From: Yuukianura sp. NJ FZ-2021
Lineage: Eukaryota
DNA: 64,000 nucleotides
Direction of reading: 5' to 3'
NCBI GenBank assembly: GCA_046563655.1
Contig: JAJCTO010000009.1
Span: 1,240,001-1,304,000 of the forward strand
Shown: one piece after another, positions 28,673-38,946 of the stretch
How positions within the stretch are numbered: position 1 is the stretch's first letter
Layout of the letters: each line of letters begins with the position of its first letter
The notes under the pieces: generated by a model
Seen by the model: the letters and a program-made list of their open reading frames with translations, nothing else
What the model was told of the DNA's origin: nothing
The model's database searches: none
Program-made: the position numbers and the translations under genes

Positions 28673-29080
28673 CTAATTGTTGTAAAACAGGCTCCCTTTT
28701 ATAGCTTTTTGCGCCAAATTTTGCAATTTTGCAACAATCTTATGCCTTTTTCGGGCACTTTTAGTAGATTTCTTTGGTTTTCTGCTATTGTCTTTAGAAA
28801 TTTGCAGTTTTCTGCAATTGTTGCAAAGATTTTCGTCTGAATCTGTACTGCTGGACCCACTTTTGGGTAAATTTTGCTTCAAATTTGACACTTTTTTGGG
28901 CCGCGATCGCTTCTTGGCCCTCTTTTTGGGCAACTCCGCGGACATTTTTTGAACAATAGCGGGCGATGATATCGTTTTTGTGGCTAAACTTGCATTGTCG
29001 CACTTGTTTTCGCCATTTTCTGGCGTCACACTGTCACTATTGTTGCTAAAATCAGAGTTTCCTGGTTCGTCAACTTCCAT
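28673..29080 (-). CDS. Small Lys/Arg-rich protein (135 aa) with a CxxC; possibly a DNA-binding core protein
   Basis: ATG-initiated ORF, co-oriented with and between the two capsid genes. It has basic tracts (KKRAKKRSRPKK, RKPKKSTKSARKRHK) and shares a duplicated 5' leader with the major capsid gene. Function is inferred only. Confidence 0.65.
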   Translation of the reverse strand: MEVDEPGNSDFSNNSDSVTPENGENKCDNASLATKTISSPAIVQKMSAELPKKRAKKRSRPKKVSNLKQNLPKSGSSSTDSDENLCNNCRKLQISKDNSRKPKKSTKSARKRHKIVAKLQNLAQKAIKGSLFYNN

Positions 29081-29266
29081 TTTTACACAAAAAATGCACT
29101 AGATGTTGCTTCGACGAGTACAAAGTTGATACTGACGACGTTTTTAAGGGTTTTGGTGTAAATTTTACACTGTTTTGCGCTGTTTTCGTGTTGCTTGGTC
29201 GCAAGTCAGACGTCAACTGAACAGATTTTGTCTTTTGTGGCCGTTAATAACTGGTTTTTGGACAAT

Positions 29267-30337
29267 TTAGGTGGATTTTCTGACGTGAAGAACAAGTTGG
29301 GTTGCGCTGTGTGCTTCAGGAATTGGTGCCAGATTTTCGTCCAAAAGTTGAACGTAAATGGAATTGATCATCGACTGTCCTTTTACCGCAAAATAACGCG
29401 GTACATTGACTTGCAAGTCGACTGGCTTGCCATCCTGATCGCCTTGTGGGAATATTCCAATCAACGGCAGCACCTTGTCTCCAAACTGGGTATATTCCGC
29501 AAGATCGCACACGACAAGGAGATGTTTTGACGTCACTCCAAGGTCAATTTCGGCCTTGGCTGGATTCGTTTGGCTAAATCCCTTGAATGCGGCTCCCATT
29601 GGCAGTCCAAATATTTTTTCCAAAAGTGGCGAGAGGGTCGTAATGTAATTGGCTGTAGATTCTCGGGTGTATTTGAGTACAGCCTCTTCCTCAGAGTACT
29701 TGAATGTAATTTGGAATGTAGCCAAGGCGGCGTTCATGGCTAGAATTAGGCCTCCCACCGTCTTTTCTTTTGGTTCTACCACGGTTGCCAAGTTGACCTT
29801 GTCTTGGAAAATGTGGAGCGTCATGTTAATTGTTGGATCAATTGCGTCAAAAACAGCTTCGGTATATTCATGGCCATGCGTCACTCCATTTGGGAACGTG
29901 TTGGTATCAAAGCCAAACGCTCGGGCATACTCGGCTGTCATGGTAACCAAATGGTCTTTTTCGTCGTTGGTAAGTGAAAAGACCTTGTTTGTGTATGATA
30001 TGACAATTTTTCGGTCAAATTTCTTCAATTCCTTGTTGACATGACCGAAAAACTTTATTATTCCATCCATTTTTGAGATTGTAACCGTCACCTCCAAGTG
30101 CTCGGTTACGTTTATGACATTGTCACCCTCACTGTGGCCAAAAATGTTTCGTTGGGTTTTGGGTGCTGGAGTGTAGTGCATTCCAGAAATGGCAACCTCC
30201 AGTGGTTGCTTCCAGCCATCAAGCACAGGATCCAAATTGGCACGAAACTCGTTTGGTTTATTTTCTGGGTAAAACCTGCTGTTTAAAGCGCTATCCACGA
30301 TAATGTATCGCGAACTGAGTTTAACAACGACGGCCAT
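29267..30337 (-). CDS. Polinton/Maverick minor capsid (penton, single jelly-roll, PX-like), 356 aa
   Basis: N-terminal YIIVDS..NSRFYPENKPNEFRANL...LEVAISGMHY and C-terminal LLVVCDLAE...FGDKVLPLI...PRYFAV...INSIYVQLLDE...LVLHVR match the Polinton penton pattern. The ORF is intact and its first ATG is at 30337. Confidence 0.85.
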   Translation of the reverse strand: MAVVVKLSSRYIIVDSALNSRFYPENKPNEFRANLDPVLDGWKQPLEVAISGMHYTPAPKTQRNIFGHSEGDNVINVTEHLEVTVTISKMDGIIKFFGHVNKELKKFDRKIVISYTNKVFSLTNDEKDHLVTMTAEYARAFGFDTNTFPNGVTHGHEYTEAVFDAIDPTINMTLHIFQDKVNLATVVEPKEKTVGGLILAMNAALATFQITFKYSEEEAVLKYTRESTANYITTLSPLLEKIFGLPMGAAFKGFSQTNPAKAEIDLGVTSKHLLVVCDLAEYTQFGDKVLPLIGIFPQGDQDGKPVDLQVNVPRYFAVKGQSMINSIYVQLLDENLAPIPEAHSATQLVLHVRKST

Positions 30338-30429
30338 TGCTGACGGCGATTTGAACAATAACAAATTAACACTTTCACTTGAACTTTTTTAGGAGAAGGT
30401 AATGTTATCGACGCAGAAGCTAGTGAAAC

Positions 30430-30467
30430 ACTGAGCCGTTTGGGGCAACTTGACGGTCTTATATAGG
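30430..30467 (-). promoter_or_regulatory. TATA box plus initiator upstream of the minor capsid gene
   Basis: Minus strand reads CCTATATAAG (30467-30458), then TCAGT (30434-30430) about 30 nt downstream, ~95 nt before the ATG. Confidence 0.55.
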
Positions 30468-30590
30468 CACAACCAAGGACGTCACCGTAAAAAACTGCAA
30501 AAAAAATGCAGGGGTCGCGTGGCAAGGGGTGAAGACGGGACAGTCGCAATGTAACCACCCACAAGTAAGCATGACCATTTTGTGTATAAA

Positions 30591-31770
30591 CAGTCCGCCC
30601 GGGCGACTTGTCTGAGTTTAAGCAGGAAATGACAACACTATGGCTTGAGGGCGTGCCCAATGTGTGGCAAGTTTTGTCGACCAATCAAATGTCTCCATTT
30701 TCTGAGGCCACGCCCCTTTTTGAAATTGCAAACGTACATTGGCCAGAGTTGGCCACACCCCCGGGTGTAGCGGCAAGTCTCGACCAATCAAATGTCTCCA
30801 TTTCCTCGAGCCACGCCCACTTTTGAAATGCTCAATACTGATTGGCTCAAGAGTCGGGCGGCTAGCCACGCCCCCGAGCGTGACCGGGTCTATTGCCGAG
30901 TGAAGCGTCTGACAGTGGCGCGTCACTCGGCTTGAACTTTGACCTTGGTGTTTTTAGCAAACACAAGTGAAAATTCAAATGGATTCGTACGTGCATATGC
31001 GCGGGCAAGTTGACCGGAAGTGGTTTGCGGTTTGTTCCAACAGGTTAACCGGAAGTGGTTTGCGGTTTCTTTTGGCAGTGGCCGAGTGGTACCCCACTAA
31101 TCCTCTGACCAGCCGAATATACTGCCCATGGGCCATACTTGATCTTCCTGGTCCCGGGATCCCAGAAAAGGGCTCCCGGGACTTGACAATTTCAAAATGC
31201 TCGCTTGACCTTGAAAAAAAGTTGAATGACATTGAACAATTTACACGAAATTGCAAATCAGCGCGCATGACCTGACGCAAATGCACATGCCAATGCAAAT
31301 GGCGCGCATGACCTTGAAAAAAAATTGGAGTGACCTTGAAAAAGTGTGCGTGACCTTGACATTTAAAGTTGGGGTAATCTGGGGAAAGTTGCTTTTTGTT
31401 TTTTAGAAATTTGAATTTTCAATTTAATTTTTTTTTCAATTTTAAAATTTCAAAAAAATTATTTTTTTTTCAAAATATTTTTTACTTGAAAATTTCAAAA
31501 AAAAATCCATTGTTGTCAAATTTACATTGTTGCCAAAATTTCTATTGTTGTATTTTTTTTTGTAAGGGGGGGCGGGGTCACGTGGGGGGGGGGTGGATAT
31601 AGGGGGAAGGGATATATAGTGGGGGGGGGTGGGGGTGCGGAAGTGGGGGGTGACGTCATGTGCAAAACGTTTTTGCGCATGAGCAAAAAACGTCATATGC
31701 AGATGCAATAGCTGATAAGGACGGCGGCCATTTTGAAAAAAGTGCCATTCCCCTACCACTCAGTATAGCT
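30591..31770 (-). repeat. Right terminal inverted repeat of the capsid element
   Basis: Reverse complement of 25535-26723. Confidence 0.97.
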
Positions 31771-32340
31771 ACCATGAATCATGACAACTCACACTTCAAT
31801 CGAACTTCAGTGAAAAACAGACTATTACATTTTCTAAATCAAAATTGAACATTCGGCATTTTTGGCCATTTTTGGATGAAATTTTTGGAAAATACTTTTT
31901 TATATTTCCTACCGCCTTGCCTTGCACATTAATTAGATCATGTCTGAAAACTTCTGCCCAACAATAGTCCGAAATTGTATTTTAGCACAGCTCCACCATA
32001 CCATAAGTGCATAAGTCTAACTACGATTTAGGTTTAACTTAGGGTTGAAACTATACAACAAGGTGTTAAACGTTCTGAATAATGGAATTTATGCCTTTTT
32101 ACCGCTTATACAAAAATTCTTGGTATTCATCAAATAACGGTCCACTTCGTCGTAGTGCATAACTGACTAAATCACACGTTGAAAAACATGTTGTCAGCCT
32201 CCATTCTTGAGCTTAAACTAGAAGTGCCGGTAAAGTGTCAAGCATGCCTTCACTTTAGACGCAAACGATGAGTTCTCATTTTGACACCATGAATCATGAC
32301 AACTCACACTTCAATCGAACTTCAGGGAAAAACCGACTAT
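31771..32340. repeat. 510-bp satellite, ~1.1 monomers separating the two Polinton-like elements
   Basis: Starts with TSD ACCATG and ends with TSD ACTAT. It shares rare variants (GTTCTGAATAATGG, CCATTCTTG, TTTAGACGC) with the monomer just right of 45124. Confidence 0.98.
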
Positions 32341-32954
32341 AGTAGAGAGTAAGGACGTATCTTGCGGCCATTTATTTTTAGCTCAGCCGCGGGGGGTTGT
32401 CGGGCGCAATATTGGGGAGGGGAAACCCCCGCAAAAAATACATTTTATGACAAAATTTCAACATCTAAAGTGACAAAATGTCAAAAATGCCAACAACAAG
32501 AAAGCCTTTTAGTTAATTGTTAATTAATTCTAATCAACAAATACCAATGACTCTGTATTTTTGGAAATGGTATTGGAATGTGACCCCAACCCTTTTCCGG
32601 ATTATGATTTATATTTTTGTACTTCTGAAAACTCCTTCTTCATGTCAGCAACGAAAAAGTTTAAAAAAGTTCTTGTTTGAACTTGTCAATTCCTAGAATT
32701 CTCCAACACCCGAGGCAAAACAAATCCTTTTCTAAAATAGGATTTGTATTTCAGGCTTCAGCTGTCCTTTTAAGTCAAAGAGTTTTTAAAAAATTGTTCA
32801 GTTCATTCCCAACATTTGACCTATTCACTAGTCGAAAATCAAGACACTTAAATTTAAACTCAATTAAAGCACACAGTAGCATATACTATACAAAATCAGC
32901 ACTTACAACAATACGGACTACTACAATAAGGTAAGCAAAACTCGCCAAAGGTTA

Positions 32955-33792
32955 TTAACGTTTTACTAAACAATACAGAACGTAGTTATAAAGTAGCGGA
33001 AGCTACTTTAAGACCTAACTGTCTATCTGTCCGTCTGTCCGTAAAGCATTTAAGCGTTATTTGAATTAACGTTTTACTAAACAATACAGAACGTAGTTAT
33101 AAAGTAGCGGAAGCTACTTTAAGACCTAACTGTCTGTCTGTCCGTCTGTCCGTAAAGAATTTAAGCGTTATTTGAATTAACTGCTTACTAAACAATACAG
33201 AACATAGTTATAAAGTAGCGGAAGCTACTTTAAGACCTAACTGTCTGTCTGTCCGTCTGTCCGTAAGACATTTAAGCGTTTTCTCAATTAAGTTTTTACT
33301 AAACACAGAACTTAGTTAACAAGTAGCGAAAGCTACGTTAAAGCCTTATGTGTCTGTCTGTCCATCTGTCAATAAAGCATTTAAACGTTATTTTAATTAC
33401 GTTTTTACTAAACAATACAGAACGTGGCTATGAAGTAGCGAAAGCTACTTTACGGTCCTGCCTATCTGTTTGTACGTAAAACGTTTCTTCAATGAAAACT
33501 CAGTCATTAAGTGGCGGAAGCTTTATAACATTGTCTCTGTGCCTGTCCATCTGTTCGTAAGGCACCTAAGCAGTTTTCTTTATACTAATCAGCACTAAAC
33601 ACAGTCATTAAGTAGCGAAAGCTGCTTAATTGTCTTATTTATCCGTCTGCCCATCAAGCATGTATTTCAACAAAAACAAAGGTTGTTATTAAGTAGCGGA
33701 AGCTACTTTACGGTGTTCTATTGTAGTTGCCTATCTGTTCGTAAAGCGTTCTGCTAGTGAAAACGCGGTGATTAAGTAGCGGAAGCTACTTA
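32955..33792 (+). repeat. Tandem array (~9 units, 111 bp decaying to ~80 bp) with hairpin AAGTAGC-GGAA/GAAA-GCTACTT and a GTCY microsatellite
   Basis: Units start at 32955, 33066 and 33177. Hairpins lie near 32990, 33101, 33212, 33321, 33432, 33509, 33610, 33691 and 33774. Confidence 0.9.
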
Positions 33793-33873
33793 TCAAATGC
33801 CCGAGAACGATATTAGCATTTTTAAAGTATTTGACTATTTATTAAGGTTAGAACCAAATGTTAGATTTTTTTT

Positions 33874-33904
33874 TACTAACTATTTTATTTTAACTATTTC
33901 TTAG
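33874..33904 (+). other. Branch point and 3' splice site of a 5'-UTR intron of pPolB
   Basis: TACTAAC at 33874-33880, a T-rich tract, then TTAG ending at 33904, one base before the ATG at 33906. Candidate donors are AG|GTAAGC at 32931 or AG|GTTAGA at 33847. Confidence 0.6.
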
Positions 33905-33905
33905 G

Positions 33906-36900
33906 ATGTCGAAGCGTTCAGCACCTCCAGTCGCTGGCTCCTCAAAGCAAATTTGTGTCAGGAATCACGAGTGTCTCATTTGTGGCGTAAAGTTCTATAA
34001 GAAAAAAGACTTGGCAGAACATGTTAGTAGCCATGACGAGGACTTTCGTCAGTTACATTTTGCTAAACTGGCGGATTTTGAGTGTCCAGTTTGTTTTGCT
34101 GGATTCTTCGCTCAAGAAGAGTTGGACCACCACTTCATGGAGCGTCATGATCAAGATTTCCAGGAACCTGCCTCTCTTCCAGTAAACCGTGAAATCCTGC
34201 AAGTATATCGAGAACTTTTGTGTCCACCTTGTGGTTTATCGTTCAACTGTCGAGACAAACTTCAAGAACACTTCCACAATGTGCATCCAGACTTTTATAG
34301 TGCACAAACTGGAGGACTTCGGCCGTCGGCTATAGAACTAATTTTGGTGAAGCCTGTTCTTACTTCCCTTAATATGTGTACAAAGTACTTGGCAGAGTTT
34401 GAGAAATTCCAGTGTGGTAGCGGATTCGATGAGCGTGACTTTTTCAACAGCGTACAACAATCGTCGTTTGATAACATTGAAAATGATCTCAAAAAGTGGA
34501 AGAATGCGAGAGTTTTCTTTTCCATGAAATGTCGCTTCACAAAAACACATGCAGATGGCAGTATTGAAACCAAGGACGCAGGCTTTACTTCTTACCGCCA
34601 TCTTGTCTTCACCCCAGCGTCATTACCTCGTGTGTGGTCAATCATGTGTCATGAAATGTCTGATCAGATTGAAGACTTTACCCATGAAGGAAGCGGTTGG
34701 GATCTAGATTATATCTCAGAATTCAGGTTCGTGACAGCCAAGTACCAGTTCACTAAAGTGGGATCTTATATTGAGACACCGTTTCCACTATCTGAACACA
34801 AAAAGTTGCTGCTTAACATCGACAACAGTGAAATATCTGTTACAAATTCGCACCACAAGTGCTTTCTTTGGTCTATTCTCGCTCATGACAAAGTCGCTGG
34901 CGTTCCTGCTGGTAGAAACAACCATCGCGCCCGAATCGATAAGCTAGTGAAAACATATGCGCCGCATATTCACAAGGTCAACACCACGGGGCTTCACTTT
35001 CCAATCACTCTTGAGCAAATCCCGAAATTTGAAACGCTCAATCCTAACATTTCAGTTACCGTCCTTGGTTATGACATGGATGTACCATCTGCTCCAGAAA
35101 GACGAGAAGGAAAGAAATCAAAAATGGAGGACTTGGAACTATTCAAATATATCCAAAGCAACATATCAGTTCTCTACAATTCAAAACAAGTGAAGGACAT
35201 CCATGTCGATTTAATGTGCCTCATGAAAGGGAATAACGCTCACTTTATGTTGATTCGAAATCTCGAAGCGCTAATGCGACCACCAAATGACGGCAGACCA
35301 AAACACATTTGTCGCAACTGTCTCTCCAATTTTCGCGAAGTCCGTAGCCTTGAACTGCATAAGCCATTTTGTGCTGCCCTTGGTCTGCAGAAAGTCACTT
35401 ATCCAAAAGAAAATGAAAACGAGCTTTACTTTAACAAGTGGGCTAGAACTCAGCCAGTACCTTTTCGATTCTACGCTGATTTTGAAGCCTTTCTGCCAAA
35501 ATTTCATGCCTCAGCCGAACAAGAAGACGAGCGTCGAAAACTTAAGGAACGAGTTACCGGGATCAAAAGTAAGCCAGCAGAAAATCATCGTTGTACGCAT
35601 ACACACAAGCCCTGCGGCTATGCATGGGTCTGTGTGGATTTTGAGGAAGCGCCGCCATGGCGAATACTATCACGCCACAGAAGACGATGAAGACATTGCT
35701 GCACACTTCATGGAAAGCATCCTTCGTTTCTCCAAAACCCTTGGCGAAGAAGTGGACGAGTATGAGCGAATTGCTCCTGATATGCTGGAAAGAAACATGA
35801 CCCCTAGACAGAGAGAAGAGAAAAAGACTGCTCGTTTCTGCTGTTTCTGTGAGAAGCCTTTCGAGAAGAAGGACTGGAAAGTGCGTCATCATTCTCATCT
35901 GCCTCCCTTCAACTATATCGGCATGGCTCATAGAGACTGTAACCTTCAAGCACAGATCAAGAAGGAATTCCCCGTATTCCTCCACAACTTCTCATCATAC
36001 GACGTGCACTTCTTGATTCAGGCCATGGGAAAGCTTAAGGAAGATAAAATCATCAGTCACGTTGAAGTGATCCCAAAGAGTAGCGAGAAGTATTTGTGTG
36101 TCACCGTAGCACCGGAATGTTCGGGGGAAGATTACGTAGAAGAGGAGATCACACGAGAAAACGTGAGGCGACGGGAAAAATACAAGCTCCGTTTTACCGA
36201 CAGTCTCGGCTTCACTCTGAAATCACTGGACAAGCTGGTTGAAGTCATGCGCAAAGACCCAAATGCCAAATTTGACATAACTAGACAGGAGTTTCAGAAA
36301 GAAGTTGAAAATGGTGCCAACATTGATCTTCTCTTCAAGAAGGGCGCCTATCCATATTCACTGATGACGTCATGTCAAGACTTTGAGATGACAAGTTTAC
36401 CTCCGAAAGAAGCGTTCTTCAATGACATGACCGAAACACCAATTCAAGACGCTGTTTACAATCATGCGAAGGAGGTTTGGGAGAGTTTTAACATTCAAAA
36501 CATGGGGGAGTGGCACGACCTCTACGTTCGGCTGGACGTGTCGCTTCTAGCCGATGTGATGGAAGGTGTTCGGAAGCTTATGATGGACAGTTACGGGCTG
36601 GAACTGGGCCATTACTTTTCCCTGCCAATGATGGCGATGGACTGTGTTCTCAAGAAGTCTGGAGTTGTGCTGGAGCTTATTACGGACCCGACGATGCACT
36701 GCTGGATTGAGCATGGAATCAGAGGCGGCTATGTCAGCGTTGGCTCCAGGCGTTCTGCGAAAGCTAACAATCCATACATGGGAGATGAATACGATCCAGA
36801 CAAACCGATCTATTACATTCTCTACATTGACGCGAATAATTTATATGGTAAAGCCATGAGTCTTGCGCTACCCCTTGGACAATTTAAATGGCTCTCAGAA

Positions 36901-38250
36901 GAAGAAATCCAGATAATTTCCAGCAATATCGACGAGTTTGTTGCCGAAACAGAAAGGAAGAAAGTCATTGGCTACATGCTAGAGGTTGACTTGGAGATTG
37001 ATGCTAGTCTACATGAAAAATTGAACGACTATCCTCCAGCCCCAGTTACAAGAACTGTTCCAATGGAAGAGCTCTCTGCCCATCAGCGTAAACTCTTGGA
37101 AGACCTCAAGTCAGGACCTGGACTTTTCAAAGTCAAAAAGCTGGTTGCCGATTTAAACAATAAGAAAAACTACATTCTACATCAGGAGGTACTCAAAGAG
37201 TACCTCAAAATGGGCGCCAAGGTTACAAAAGTCCACCGGGGAATCTCCTTTATCCAAGGTCCATGGATGAAGCAATTCATCGATTTCAATACTGAAATGA
37301 GGAAGAAGGCAACGAGCGATTTCGCCAAGGACTTTTGGAAGTTGCTCAACAACTCGGCATTTGGGAAAACTATCGAACAAGTGAGAAAACGACAAAACGT
37401 TCGGGTTGTTACGACAATGGAGAAGGCGCTGTACTACAACAAGAAGCCCACTGTCCAAAATGTCATCCCAATCAATGAAACGACTTGCATTTTCATGATG
37501 AAGCGGCTGCAAGTCACACTCAATAAACCAATCTTCACAGGAGTCACCATCTTGGACTTGGCTAAGAGTATCATGTATCGACATCACAGCGCCGGAATGC
37601 AGGCACAATATGGCGACAAGTGCCAGCTGATTTACACAGATACAGGTACGTTACCTATTTATAAATTACTTTACATGTTATGTATTGCGAGTTTTTAACT
37701 TAATTTTATTTTAGATTCCTTCATCTATCAGATTCGAACGGATGACGTCTATCAGGACATGCTACAACGCAAGGATCTCTACGATATGAGTGAATACCCA
37801 GAAAATCATCCGCTGTTTGGAAGATTTCACGATTTGACAAATAAGAAAGTCCTTGGAAAATTCAAGGACGAGGCTGCTGGATCGGTGATCACTCATGTCT
37901 ACTGCCCGCGACCAAAGATGTATACCATTCGATCCTTAAAAGTAGCTCAAGTCGGAGGAGAATTCCAAAAGAAGCCGGATGGTGAATGGCTATTGAAGGA
38001 TGAGTATACCAAGAAGGCAAAGGGAATCACAAAAACAGCTGTTAACGGTCAGGTCAAGTATGAAGACTATGAGCGAGTCCTCAAGGAGAATGTGCAGACT
38101 ATGGTTACCATGCGTGGTTTCAGAAGCGTCGAGCACCGAATTTTCACAGAAGTCACCATGAAGAAGGCTCTCAACGGATTGGACACCAAGAGATATGCTG
38201 TAGATAGTGTAAACACTTTAGCTTTTGGACATAAAGATATTCCAAAATAA
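33906..38250 (+). pseudogene. polB: Protein-primed family B DNA polymerase (Polinton pPolB), left copy; 2-bp deletion near 35645; intron 37646-37714
   Basis: Three N-terminal C2H2 fingers, then EGSGW and KCFLWSILAH...HFMLI. Exonuclease motifs are YADFE, HNFSSYD and YVRLD, followed by KGAYPY and GIRGG. Polymerase motifs are YIDANNLYG, KLLNNSAFGK and YTDT|DS (after splicing), then GKFKDE, RPKMY and KAKGI. It reconstructs to 1425 aa. Confidence 0.95.
37646..37714 (+). other. 69-nt GT-AG spliceosomal intron in pPolB (left copy)
   Basis: ACAG|GTACGT...TTTTATTTTAG|ATTCC. Removal restores YTDTDSFIY and fuses to the 163-aa downstream ORF. The intron is AT-rich and contains an in-frame stop. Confidence 0.93.
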
Positions 38251-38516
38251 AAGTTTTTTATTTTATATTTTATATTTTAAGTCAAAATAAATTTAAATTT
38301 AAAAATTGGTTTTAAAATACTGGTATAATAAAAAATTTTTGTCTCTCAAAAAAAAAAAAAAGTCATTTCTGAAGTTGAAGTTTAGTTGTCACTTGCTCTT
38401 TGATCTATGAGTGTATACTCTCGCTGTGGAAACTTATTTTCACGTTTAGACATTGCTAAACGTCACGAAAAAAACTTGTTGAAAATGTCTCTCTGAAGCA
38501 TTGCTCTCGAGTTCTC

Positions 38517-38561
38517 CCACCACCACCACCACCACCACCACCACAACGCCTTGGGATTCCA

Positions 38562-38593
<32 letters not shown>

Positions 38594-38851
38594 ACCGCCG
38601 CCGCCACCGCCGCCACCACCGCCGCCGAGTATAGGCTTGCTCTTGAGCTATGTGAGGAGGAGGAGGAGGAGTATGGGCATGCTCTTGAGCTTTCTGAGGA
38701 TGAGGAGGAGTATGGGCATGCTCTTGAGCTTTCTGAGGATGAGGAGGAGTATAGGCATGCTTTTGAACTGTTTGAGGAAGGGAGGAGGAGGAGGATCCCA
38801 AGGCATTGTGGCGGCGGCGGCGGTGGCGGTGGCGGTGGCGGCGGTGGCGGT

Positions 38852-38882
<31 letters not shown>

Positions 38883-38946
38883 GCGGCGGTGGTGGTGGTG
38901 GTGGTGGAATCCCAAGGCGTTGTGGTGGTGGTGGTGGTGGTGGTGG
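38517..38946. repeat. Low-complexity centre of the palindrome: (CCA/CCG)n, ~4 x 39-bp repeats, (GGC/GGT)n
   Basis: The unpaired spacer ~38627-38808 consists of GAGGAGGAGTATGGGCATGCTCTTGAGCTTTCTGAGGAT-type units. It is flanked by complementary trinucleotide tracts of unequal length. Confidence 0.9.

Larger units (their letters stand above)
25535..31770. mobile_element. Non-autonomous Polinton/Maverick-like element encoding only structural genes (6236 bp)
   Basis: Ends are AGCTATACTG...CAGTATAGCT with ~1.19-kb TIRs. The 6-bp TSD ACCATG is at 25529-25534 and 31771-31776, and the satellite resumes in register. Internal ORFs carry Polinton major and minor capsid motifs. Confidence 0.93.

Noticed and set aside
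32955..33792. CRISPR-like appearance of regularly spaced palindromes
   Set aside because: The intervening sequences are homologous to each other rather than unique spacers, there are no cas genes, and the context is eukaryotic.
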